A program made the translations under genes and the position numbers. This document shows, piece by piece, positions 17,013-25,634 of a stretch of DNA of 64,000 bases. The notes beneath the pieces are model-generated. The model was not told the DNA's origin. It did no database searches and was given only the letters and a program-made list of their open reading frames with translations. Position 1 is the first letter of the stretch; each line of letters opens with the position of its first letter. The stretch comes from a virus (lineage: Duplodnaviria > Caudoviricetes): positions 49,447-113,446 of the IMG/VR virus record IMGVR_UViG_3300020037_005233, one strand, 5' to 3'.

Positions 17013-17297
17013 TCACTTGACCTTGGAGTAGCGTGTCCACCGCATAACCTGGCGCATAAGGATGCTTCTGCGCTCATTTAATTTATCAAGATCGTGCTGA
17101 AAGATATCGAGATGGTGCTTGATACACTCTTCTTTTGTAGGCCAAGTTTCTTCAGCAACAGGCTCGACCCTATCAAACTGGTTGACTCTGAACCAAGATT
17201 CTTCAAAACGTAAAACATATCTGCCTTTTACAGGCCCTTTGGCAGGGTGGCGGAACCATCGCTCCACCACCTCTGCCTTATCCGCTATAGACTTCAT
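17013..17297 (-). CDS. Hypothetical protein
   Basis: GGAGG RBS; overlaps the exonuclease stop. Confidence 0.55.
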   Translation of the reverse strand: MKSIADKAEVVERWFRHPAKGPVKGRYVLRFEESWFRVNQFDRVEPVAEETWPTKEECIKHHLDIFQHDLDKLNERRSILMRQVMRWTRYSKVK

Positions 17298-18682
17298 CTT
17301 TTATAACCTCCGAAACGTGTGCCACGATCTTTAACAATGTATGATTTTAGCATTTCCATCAGGTCCGGCTTGTCCAGTTTCCACAGCTGCTTTAGCTTAT
17401 CCTTGTGCCACTCCTTGAACTTATCTGGTTCAATTCTGTAGTGCCTGAGTACGTCCTGTAGAGATCCTAGTTTAGCCATGAGTTCTAGTTTAGTCTTCTC
17501 CTGCTCAGACTCAAACCTGCCGTCACTAAGCCTCACTTTAGCTGCATCAGACATCTCCGCTACCTTAACATCAGTAAGCTTCCAATCCACAGACTCTTCA
17601 CCAAGCTTGAACCCATACCACATGCCTTCAATAGCAACTCCGCCTTGTGGCGCCAGCTTCTCAATACCCTGTTTAAGCGACTTATTGAGCTCGTCATACA
17701 ACGCACCTACAGTCCGTAGTTGCTTTGCCACACGCTCTAAATCTGAGAACACGGTTACGTTTAGATCCACAGACCCTCGCGCACGCTGCTCCATTAATTT
17801 TAGATTCTCTGGGCATGCTTGTACCATGTGACAGTAATCACATGCGCCACCAGGGATTGCCGGGAAATCCTCGAAGTGCTCGATGCTAGCAATTCTTGTT
17901 CTGATGTATTCCCCTATATCTTTAAGATCATCCTGATCCCAGTAAGTAGGCGTGCTGTAGAATGCAAGATCAGGGTGAGCGTAATGAATCACGGTTCTCA
18001 TTGTCCAACCGGGATAAAACTGAGACACAAGCCACGCATACGCTCCTACCTGGAAGTTGTGATCCTCGTTCTTAGATGCATTAGGTGTGCTCTTATGATC
18101 CACGATAGTGATGATATTGGAGTCAGCGTCAAAATTGATCTGATCAAGCCTGCCTCCAAAATAAGCTGCCTTGTTAGGTCTACCGTCTTCGTCCACATAT
18201 GAGGTTGCGACAAAGGTCTGATTAGGTACCACGTCATCAAGCAATGACTCCTCGATACAAAGCGACACCGCATACGCCTGCTCGCACAAGGTATCTTTGT
18301 TCATGTACGGGGATGGTTTTGCAATGTAGGCTGCAGCTGCTCCGTGAATCATGTCGGACTGCTGGTAGGCTGCTGGGAACTTACCAACGGCCTCAGCCAC
18401 CCATAAATCCACCTCAGAAGGCATGATAGCCTTGCCAGCAATCGTACGCATGGTGATCTTGCTTAGGACCTCGTGGATTGCGGACCCTCTCGAGGCAGCA
18501 AGCGTGTGGCTTACCACCTGATCCTGACGCACATACTGCCCGTAGAATCTCTGTGGGCACTTAGCAGCAATAAGCCTGCTGGGGGAGTAAGGCCCAAACT
18601 TCATCATTCGTCTGTCGTAACCCTGTGGTACCGTTTCTGTAAGCATAATGTGTCTCCGTAAAATATTACGGGAAGCTGTCAA
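17294..18682 (-). CDS. PD-(D/E)XK RecB/AddB-like exonuclease
   Basis: YSPSRL..CP, GSAIH, GRLD, IVDHKS, Q..AY, CDYC.....CP motifs. Confidence 0.85.
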   Translation of the reverse strand: MTASRNILRRHIMLTETVPQGYDRRMMKFGPYSPSRLIAAKCPQRFYGQYVRQDQVVSHTLAASRGSAIHEVLSKITMRTIAGKAIMPSEVDLWVAEAVGKFPAAYQQSDMIHGAAAAYIAKPSPYMNKDTLCEQAYAVSLCIEESLLDDVVPNQTFVATSYVDEDGRPNKAAYFGGRLDQINFDADSNIITIVDHKSTPNASKNEDHNFQVGAYAWLVSQFYPGWTMRTVIHYAHPDLAFYSTPTYWDQDDLKDIGEYIRTRIASIEHFEDFPAIPGGACDYCHMVQACPENLKLMEQRARGSVDLNVTVFSDLERVAKQLRTVGALYDELNKSLKQGIEKLAPQGGVAIEGMWYGFKLGEESVDWKLTDVKVAEMSDAAKVRLSDGRFESEQEKTKLELMAKLGSLQDVLRHYRIEPDKFKEWHKDKLKQLWKLDKPDLMEMLKSYIVKDRGTRFGGYKR

Positions 18683-18696
18683 AGCCTCCCGTAATC

Positions 18697-18724
18697 CTTA
18701 TAACCTAAAAAGAAGCTATTTTGC
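18697..18724 (-). promoter_or_regulatory. Phage promoter motif copy
   Basis: GCAAAA-N14-GTTATAAG upstream of the exonuclease gene. Confidence 0.6.
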
Positions 18725-18730
18725 TGCGGC

Positions 18731-18940
18731 CTAGTCTTCGTCAGATTCGCTGTATGAACCGTAGCTGTCTTCTTCATCAGACGCCTCGGCTTCGTTAAAT
18801 TGATCAACTAGGTCGACTAACTCATCGTCTTCGCTGTCTTCAAATAATTCTGTGTCTGCGGTTAGATCCTCGACACTCTCGTCTGACTTGTTCATAATCG
18901 CTTCCGCAGCATCTTCAAGGCTTCGTTCACGTGGACTCAT
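18731..18940 (-). CDS. Highly acidic small protein
   Basis: 28 of 69 residues are D/E; GAGGGAG RBS. Confidence 0.55.
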   Translation of the reverse strand: MSPRERSLEDAAEAIMNKSDESVEDLTADTELFEDSEDDELVDLVDQFNEAEASDEEDSYGSYSESDED

Positions 18941-19153
18941 TTAATCTCCCTCGGATAACATTTTCTGACATCTTGTTATAAAAACTTCGAGGATTTTCTT
19001 TCTCGCGTCAACACCTAAAGCGCCAAGGACAAGGAAGTCACCCTCACCAGCCACTTGATTCATCGCGTTAGTAATAGCCTGGGCCGCGTGTGCCTCGATG
19101 CAGGCTTCCACCTGTGCAAGCATGACGTCGATAGGAGGGAGGTCGTTGTCCAT
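18941..19153 (-). CDS. Hypothetical protein
   Basis: Abuts both neighbours. Confidence 0.55.
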   Translation of the reverse strand: MDNDLPPIDVMLAQVEACIEAHAAQAITNAMNQVAGEGDFLVLGALGVDARKKILEVFITRCQKMLSEGD

Positions 19154-19154
19154 A

Positions 19155-19544
19155 TCAGGCCTTGGTGCTACTGATCCTGATCACACGGTCGCCTACTACA
19201 GTGCTTAGGATTGTGGTAGATGTCAGAGATACACCGAAAACTTCTTTGTTCTCGGTGATGACAGACACGTCAGCGGGCCTGATGTTCTTAACCACTGTAA
19301 GTAGTTCTGTCGCCGGATCCACTGTGTCCAGGGCGGCCGACAACGCCTTGCCCGCTGCCTCGGCATGAGCCAAGAGGTCTGCGCCAGGAGTTTTAATCTC
19401 GGCATAACCATCCAAAAACAGGGCCTTTGCCTTGTCTGTGTACATCCACTTAAAATTAGCAGCCTTCTTGTGTCTTGAGCACGCGTCGTTGTACTTGGTG
19501 TTAAACTCATCAATAATCGTTTGAAGTTCTTGTGGGTAGTCCAT
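19155..19544 (-). CDS. Hypothetical protein
   Basis: AGGA RBS; packed in operon. Confidence 0.6.
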   Translation of the reverse strand: MDYPQELQTIIDEFNTKYNDACSRHKKAANFKWMYTDKAKALFLDGYAEIKTPGADLLAHAEAAGKALSAALDTVDPATELLTVVKNIRPADVSVITENKEVFGVSLTSTTILSTVVGDRVIRISSTKA

Positions 19545-19598
19545 GTGTTTCCTAATAGTTAAAATGGAGCGAACACCTCACGGCGCCCACCCCATTAG

Positions 19599-20717
19599 TT
19601 AATAAAGTGCGCTATCGGCTGACTGAGATGAAGGCAATTTGCCGTCCCCAGCCTGCGGTAATAGCTCGGCCGGTGCCTCAAATACTGGAGGTGCTGGCTT
19701 CTTAGCTTCTTTGAGTTTCTTCTGAAGTACTGCAACCATAGAGTTTACGTCTGCAAACGCCTTGGCTGTAGCAACCCTGATTTCCTCACTGTTTGTCTTA
19801 CCTGTCAACTGGCAGAGCTGTTCAAATAATGGTGCCGCAGCCTCATGATTTGCGCGCTCTCTTAAGATATCCTCTTCCGTTGGTTGTGGAGCAGACAGCA
19901 TCGTCTGAGTCGCTGGTGCTTCTAACTGCGCCACTTCAGGAGAAGGGAGTGAGAATCCAACAACTCGAGTGTATGGTCTTCCTCTAAGAGCCTGTAGTGA
20001 TAGCATGTCTTCTGCACTGATTTTTTCACCATACTCTCTAATATAGGTTTCAAAATCCACGGACTCGACATGAACTACTGGTGCAGGTCTTGTGCCTTTC
20101 TTACCGTTATACTCGTATGGAACAGGAACTTCTTTTTTAAACATTCTGAAGATCTGACCGCTGAGCTTGCCACCATACCTGATCTGCGCTTTTTGTAGTG
20201 CAGACACGGTATTCATAAGTGCTAGGATGGACGCACTGTCTAAGGTGAAAACCGCACCCATAGAATAGTGTGGGATCATTACATTAAGAAACATATGCTC
20301 ACCGCACATACTCTTAATGTAATCGGGGCAAGATTTGTACTGGCACTTACGTACTCTAGCTCCCTGTACATGTGGGAACGGCACCTGAGACACACCAGGA
20401 TCGTTGCCAAAAGCCATGTAAGCTGCAACAGCTCCCATGTCGTTACCGTCTAAGTCTTTAGCCCCGTGCATACTCTTACAAACGAGCTCATGCTTTTTGT
20501 AGTATCTGAGGTCATCCTGCATAGACTCCTCAGGTACATCTGAGTGCAGGGTGAACATAATTGAAGTAGGGGTTTCGCCTAAAATTGGAATCAGCTGTGG
20601 GGCATCATGCAGCAGAAAATGTGGTGAGTTTTTTGGATTCCCTTTTTCGTCTTTGAATCCGGCCCTAATTTTTCCGTCGCGTCTGAGTAGTGGTTTATCT
20701 GTTAGTCCAATGATCAT
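19599..20717 (-). CDS. Phage recombination protein (Gp3-like/recombination directionality factor-like)
   Basis: IGL......R.GKIR.G, P....HF, C....CP.....C..L.V, G.VF.LD.AS pattern; lies near the RecB-like exonuclease. Confidence 0.6.
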   Translation of the reverse strand: MIIGLTDKPLLRRDGKIRAGFKDEKGNPKNSPHFLLHDAPQLIPILGETPTSIMFTLHSDVPEESMQDDLRYYKKHELVCKSMHGAKDLDGNDMGAVAAYMAFGNDPGVSQVPFPHVQGARVRKCQYKSCPDYIKSMCGEHMFLNVMIPHYSMGAVFTLDSASILALMNTVSALQKAQIRYGGKLSGQIFRMFKKEVPVPYEYNGKKGTRPAPVVHVESVDFETYIREYGEKISAEDMLSLQALRGRPYTRVVGFSLPSPEVAQLEAPATQTMLSAPQPTEEDILRERANHEAAAPLFEQLCQLTGKTNSEEIRVATAKAFADVNSMVAVLQKKLKEAKKPAPPVFEAPAELLPQAGDGKLPSSQSADSALY

Positions 20718-20822
20718 ATAAAAATACCTCTCCCATAATAATGGGCAGAACCGAAGGAAGCTCGTTGCGAAACAACGTCTTCCGTTTTAAGGTAGGCGTT
20801 GTGCCTACCAAAGAATAAACCT

Positions 20823-21896
20823 ATGCTAGTACGTGAAGTCAAACTAAAACCTACCGCAAAACAAACCAAGGCTATTGATACAGCTCTTTGGCAGATGGTG
20901 TCTGTGTATAATACTGCGTTAGCAAAATGCTTCATAAGACTGCGTGCAGGACATATACCCACTCCTTTTGACCTGATAGCTATGTTTACAGGGCACGGGA
21001 AAAAGGCAGGTTTGAACCAGAACGCTATTCAGATGTGCTGCTACTCTGTTAGGGAGGCTTTTGACCGCTGGCTCCATCAAGATAATAGTGGTAAACGCCT
21101 CGGAAAGCCCCGTAAGAAGTCTGCTAGAAACAAAATAACTACGATCATCTACGGGCAGGCATCTAGAGTAACACATCCTAAAGACCGGCGTGTAAACGTA
21201 CCGGGGTTTGGTAAGATCAGGTGTTCCGGTAATGAAATACCGGCGGGTAAGGTAATGGGTGGTCGCCTTGTACGCCGCGCCTCTGGTTATTACTTCCAGT
21301 TTGTGGTTGATATTGTCCACACACAAGAACTCGTGAGCGACGCTCCTGCGGTAGGTATTGACCCGGGATTTAGTTCTCTTCTCACCCTCTCTGATGGAAG
21401 GAAGTTTGAGAATCCTAGAGAGCTTCGAAAAACGGCGGCAAGGCTTGCACAGGCACAGCGAGGCAAAAACAAAAAACTTGTGGCTAGAATACACGAGCGT
21501 CTGCAAAGACAGCGTAAAGACAGGAACCACAAAATAAGTCATGATGTTGTAAAGAACTATGCCGAGATTTACGCTTCCAAAGACTCTTTTAAAGGTATGC
21601 AAACCCTTTTCGGAAAGAGTGTGACAGAAGCAAGTCTTGGGAGTTTGCTCGCAATGATCGCCTATAAATCGCAGTCCTGCGGTAGGCAATTCAGGTGGGT
21701 AAACTCTAGGAACACCACGCGAACGTGCTCGGCCTGTTATTCCCTTGCAGGACCAACTGGGCTAAGTATGCTTGCGGTGAGGACGTGGGGATGTGGGTGT
21801 GGTGCCCAGCATGATCGGGATATTAATGCCGCTCAAGTGATCCTACGTTCCGGGCAGGGTATGCCCGCCAGCGTGAAAGTTTATTCTGTCGTCTGA
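20823..21896 (+). mobile_element. tnpB: Solo TnpB (IS200/IS605-family RNA-guided nuclease-like), no TnpA
   Basis: KLKPT.KQ N-terminus, RuvC-I GIDPG, NHKIS, TTRTCSAC, W.C.CG, RuvC-III DRDINAA; opposite strand to host operon. Confidence 0.9.
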
Positions 21897-21948
21897 GCGC
21901 TATGCCTGGGCCACATATTTGCATATCACTAATGTTTCTCCTAATAAA

Positions 21949-21980
21949 CGTATAACCTAAATTAGGCATTTTTTGCCTAA
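21949..21980 (-). promoter_or_regulatory. Phage promoter motif overlapped by TAGGCA-N5-TGCCTA palindrome
   Basis: GCAAAA-N14-GTTATACG; perfect TTAGGCA-N5-TGCCTAA at 21962-21980; AGGAG RBS and GTG follow. Confidence 0.6.
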
Positions 21981-21995
21981 TTAGTCAACAGGTAT

Positions 21996-22520
21996 TCAAA
22001 GTCCCGCGGCTCTAATAATCTGTTCAACGCGCTGCTTGCTTAGCCCAAACCGTTTACCTAGTTTCTGCATCGTTGTCCTGTGCTCTAGGTTTAGCTTCCA
22101 GAGCTGTACAATCTCACTATCCCTGTGTGCTCCTGAAATCCCGTAAGAGATGCTGTGGGCGGGATTATGACACCACTCGTTTCCGCAAGTCATCTTACCC
22201 CAATGGTGCCCAGCATTATCGTACCCGAGATAAAGCAGCACCGCTCTTTTTGGTTTTATGTTGGGTTTTGTACCGTTCAGATAGACGCTGTCTGTGGGGC
22301 CCGTCCATTTAATGCACTGCCCGTCCTTGTAAACGATGTAACCCTCTACCTTGTCTTTCCAGCTATTGGTGCTGTATTTAGCAAGAGGTACATCAGTCTT
22401 TAAAGACACTCTATAGACGGTGCCGTAGGGAATCCCTAGCCGTTTAGCTATAGAAGTCCTTCCCTCTCCTGCTTTTAGTGCACGCACTATCTCAGGCGCG
22501 TTAGACGTATACAGAGCCAC
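21996..22520 (-). CDS. HTH / His-Me-finger-like / sigma-region-4-like HTH protein
   Basis: SIAKRLGIPYGTVY (HTH), CIKWTG...CGNEWCHNPAH (HNH-type Zn loop), TMQKLGKRFGLSKQRVEQII (HTH). Confidence 0.6.
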   Translation of the reverse strand: MALYTSNAPEIVRALKAGEGRTSIAKRLGIPYGTVYRVSLKTDVPLAKYSTNSWKDKVEGYIVYKDGQCIKWTGPTDSVYLNGTKPNIKPKRAVLLYLGYDNAGHHWGKMTCGNEWCHNPAHSISYGISGAHRDSEIVQLWKLNLEHRTTMQKLGKRFGLSKQRVEQIIRAAGL

Positions 22521-22742
22521 TTACTCAGCCTCTAGCTCGGTAATGCGCGCCTTAACAACTTCCATCTCTGACTCGATACGGCGTACATCCTCAGCCGCTG
22601 TCTTCACCATAGTAGCAGCACGCAGATCATTGTACTTAGTTCTTAGTTCGGTCAGTAACTCAGCCTTTTCAACGCCTAATTTTTCCATCATATGTGTATC
22701 CCCTGACAAAACTAAACACTGCCAGGCTACACAAAGTCAAGT

Positions 22743-22970
22743 TTACTGGAGATCTTTTTTAGGTGGAGGATCAAGCTGGATCTGGATGTTGTCGTCGACA
22801 ATAAGTTTTAGTGTCGTGCCTATGATTAGGAGTGCCTCTGATAACCTAAGCTGGTTATCTAAAATCAACCTATTTTGCTCGAGGCTATTATTGGAGAACT
22901 GGCCTTTTTCAACTGCCTCCGCCAACTTCTCGTGAATCTGATTGAACGCCTGAAGTATGTCCGTTGCCAT
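22743..22970 (-). CDS. Hypothetical protein
   Basis: GGGGAG RBS. Confidence 0.5.
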   Translation of the reverse strand: MATDILQAFNQIHEKLAEAVEKGQFSNNSLEQNRLILDNQLRLSEALLIIGTTLKLIVDDNIQIQLDPPPKKDLQ

Positions 22971-23295
22971 AGGGCTCCCCTTCCATGGTGTCCTGGCTGT
23001 AAGCTAGAAGCACCCCATCCTTCAATCCCTGAAGGTAGGATTCCTGAAGGCTTGCCACTAAGGCTACCTCCAGCGCTGTCTTGGCTATTGCTGAGGCACC
23101 GGGGTGCCCCTGCTTTATGGTATCACGGGCAGTGCGTAGAGGTCTAAAACTACTGTTAAGGCTTGTGGACTCAAATATAGCCCTTCCGTTCTCGTCATGT
23201 GGGAGTTTGCAGGCACGGCATAGCAAAAAAACTGTTTGGTCCATGCGATTTATAGTGTCTAAACCACCCTGACACTTCTTGCACAGATGCGTCAT
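22909..23295 (-). CDS. Zn-ribbon hypothetical protein
   Basis: CKKC...CRAC. Confidence 0.55.
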   Translation of the reverse strand: MTHLCKKCQGGLDTINRMDQTVFLLCRACKLPHDENGRAIFESTSLNSSFRPLRTARDTIKQGHPGASAIAKTALEVALVASLQESYLQGLKDGVLLAYSQDTMEGEPYGNGHTSGVQSDSREVGGGS

Positions 23296-23888
23296 GAGAA
23301 GAAGCCACCGTCCTCGTCTCCTGTGTGCTCCACAATTTTTACCCTGGGAGCTGCCGAGTTAAACGCCATGGCTGCTGCTTTAGCGCCGCCGGACTTACCG
23401 TAGCCACCCAACTTCTTAGGGGCGGCAACACCTAAAGATGCGTCTAGGAATGCGTCTGCGTCCTCTCCAACGTCTTTAGTGTTGTAATCAAATGCAGACT
23501 TAAACGCCTCTTCTTCAGCGTCTACAGGAGCCTGTTTTCTCACAACCTTAGGCGCTGCTTTGGGGGCGTGATCTTCTTCAACCTGCTCTGCAAGAGACTT
23601 AACTTCTTCGTCGGCTCCGTCACCACTAAGTTCGTGCCCACTGACTTCGTCATGGAACACCTCTTCTTGCTCAGGCTGAGCTACGTCTGACTTCTCAGCT
23701 AACTCCTGAAACAGCGGGCGCTCTCCAGCATAGGCTCCAAGCTCTCTTAAGCACTCATCGGTGAGCATACGATCAATCAGGCCTGTGAGCACTCCCTCGA
23801 TCTCTGGTACTGTCTTCCCAGTAAGCATCGCGTATGCTTTAAGTTTTCGCAGCGTGCCATCGTTCAGTGTAAGTGTTAATTCTGCCAT
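23292..23888 (-). CDS. Putative ribbon-helix-helix protein with acidic tail
   Basis: ELTLTLNDGTLRKLKAYAMLTGKTV resembles RHH; AGGAG RBS. Confidence 0.5.
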   Translation of the reverse strand: MAELTLTLNDGTLRKLKAYAMLTGKTVPEIEGVLTGLIDRMLTDECLRELGAYAGERPLFQELAEKSDVAQPEQEEVFHDEVSGHELSGDGADEEVKSLAEQVEEDHAPKAAPKVVRKQAPVDAEEEAFKSAFDYNTKDVGEDADAFLDASLGVAAPKKLGGYGKSGGAKAAAMAFNSAAPRVKIVEHTGDEDGGFFS

Positions 23889-23904
23889 AATGTATCTCCT
23901 AAAG

Positions 23905-23979
23905 TGGCTGGCGATCCAGGGATCGAACCTGGGACACCTCGGTTAACAGCCGAGTGCTATACCTCTTAGCTAATCGCCA
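23905..23979 (-). tRNA. tRNA-Asn(GTT)
   Basis: TGGCGAT/ATCGCCA acceptor stem, CTCGG-CTGTTAA-CCGAG anticodon arm, CCAGG-TTCGATC-CCTGG T-arm, encoded CCA. Confidence 0.95.
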
Positions 23980-24695
23980 TCAATCTTTGCGTTTCCAAAC
24001 CTTGTTTCCTCGTCCGTCGTCTACAAGGTGATATTTGTAAACATGCCCTGCACGCATCTTTAAAGTCAATTCCAATCCAGTGACTCCGTGAGTACTCAGG
24101 CTGTTCCTTACCTCGGCAACGACTCTTCCGGTCTTTGTACTGAAGACCTCGTCAGAGAACTCGTACTCCTGCATATTCTTAGCCATGAAGGTCATAAGCT
24201 CTTTAATGCTTCTGTAGAACACGATCGTGTGTGTACCAATAGCGTCGTGATTAGGGCAGCCTAAGTAGTACCCTGTTGTGGCAACAAACTTAACTTTTTT
24301 CATCACGTACCTCTTTTGCCCACAACCACAAATCGTACAAAACACGTACAGGCAAAATCAGCCAAGTACAGCTCGCCCATACCAAAGCACTGAGAAAGCC
24401 AGTAGCCAGCATGTCAGCTGCAATAAGCCCCACAGCGACTGCGTAGACAATGAATAAAATCATCCAACCCATATTGTGTCTCCTACCCAAGCATCTGTTA
24501 TTTAGGTCTATAACTCAAGACGAATAGTAACTCGTCCATAACAGCTCTAAACCCACTCGTTTTGCACTGTGCCTCGGCCGCCTCTTCACTTAACAGCGGC
24601 CCCTTGACAGACTCGTGTGGTTCTAAATGCCCTACCGGTAAACAACAAACCCTGTAGTTTAAATCCAGTTTTCCACAAATCACGTCCCGCATAAA

Positions 24696-24974
24696 CTACT
24701 CCTCAGCAAACGGCAATAGGCCGAAGGTTCTTGCAACAGCCTCTGGACTTGGTTTCTTCCAATTAAGTATCTGGCCGGTTTCAAGATCGATGTCTAGTTC
24801 TAGATAGTCTCCGCCCCCATCAGGTAGCCATGAGGGGACGTACCCACCGTCCAGTACAGCTATCTGTTTTCCTTCCTCTGGCATTAGCGTGTAGTGACCG
24901 CTATCACGCAGCTTTGCATGAATTTGTATAGAGCGCGCTTCTACTGTTTCTACAACTTGCTTTGGTATCTTCAT
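24696..24974 (-). CDS. Conserved phage hypothetical protein
   Basis: YVP..LP...GDYLELDIDLETGQILNWK motif; GAGG RBS. Confidence 0.6.
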   Translation of the reverse strand: MKIPKQVVETVEARSIQIHAKLRDSGHYTLMPEEGKQIAVLDGGYVPSWLPDGGGDYLELDIDLETGQILNWKKPSPEAVARTFGLLPFAEE

Positions 24975-25110
24975 AATGTGTTTCCTCTCGCGTCATACGC
25001 ATATACATGCATATTTTTAATCAAAACTCGCTCGTATATGTATATTTAATGTATACCATTGAAATCAAACAACTAATCTGTTTGTGGCCACAACCAATTA
25101 TACATACATG

Positions 25111-25139
25111 AAAAAAGACTCCGAATAACGCATCGGAGT
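25111..25139 (-). terminator. Rho-independent terminator
   Basis: ACTCCGA-N8-TCGGAGT stem with T6 on the minus strand. Confidence 0.65.
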
Positions 25140-25226
25140 AACCGCGCTCACGTTCCTGTTTTCTGGGCTACCCATCGCCATGGCTTACCTCTATCGTCCC
25201 GTAAACAACCCTTAGGTCCTAAAAAG

Positions 25227-25634
25227 TTAAACTGCCGAAGTACCTTCTACACCACGAGCAGTTCTATTTTCTGTCCTTTTTAGTTGGTAGTGCAATGCTT
25301 CGCTAAGATGGAAAATAGTCTCGGCGTTTTGCACACAAGGATACTTCACCTGTAACTGTTCAATCATGTGCTTTGCAGCTGCGATAAGCGTAGTCACCTG
25401 ACAGCCGTTAACACCAGCCTCTTTAACAGGCCCGTTTTGAATCGTGAACGCGATGCTATTTTTATCGTGTCTTACATAGACAAAATTATGAGGTCTGATT
25501 GTCTCCTCAAACCAGACATGATCCATCGCCCCTGTTTCTGTAAAACGCTCTGGGTGCTTCTCCCTTAAATCATCCATTGTAACTACGTCAAACCCATCTA
25601 ACTTAGTCACGCCCTTCATTGTCTCTAGTGCCAT
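25227..25634 (-). CDS. Tad1-family anti-defence nucleotide sponge
   Basis: IQNGPVKEAGVNG...L....KHMIEQLQ...PCVQNA....HLSEAL....KRTENR.ARGVEGT parallels the Tad1 pattern FQ.G..KE...G...LLEI..DRL..FQ...RENA.AL.H.EEAL.W...R...R..R.V.GT. Confidence 0.75.
   Translation of the reverse strand: MALETMKGVTKLDGFDVVTMDDLREKHPERFTETGAMDHVWFEETIRPHNFVYVRHDKNSIAFTIQNGPVKEAGVNGCQVTTLIAAAKHMIEQLQVKYPCVQNAETIFHLSEALHYQLKRTENRTARGVEGTSAV

Noticed and set aside
17294-18682. Cas4 as part of a CRISPR adaptation module
   Set aside because: The Cys pattern is shared with phage RecB/AddB-like exonucleases; no cas1, cas2 or array is present, and the neighbours are recombination genes.
20919-21689. 256-aa minus-strand ORF and other long antisense ORFs (10780-11424, 55634-56173, 787-1215)
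   Set aside because: They are shadow frames opposite well-supported genes, with no recognisable motifs.
20718-21945. Group I intron (IStron) carrying tnpB
   Set aside because: The flanks are too short, no P3/P7 core was recognised, and the downstream gene has its own RBS and start.
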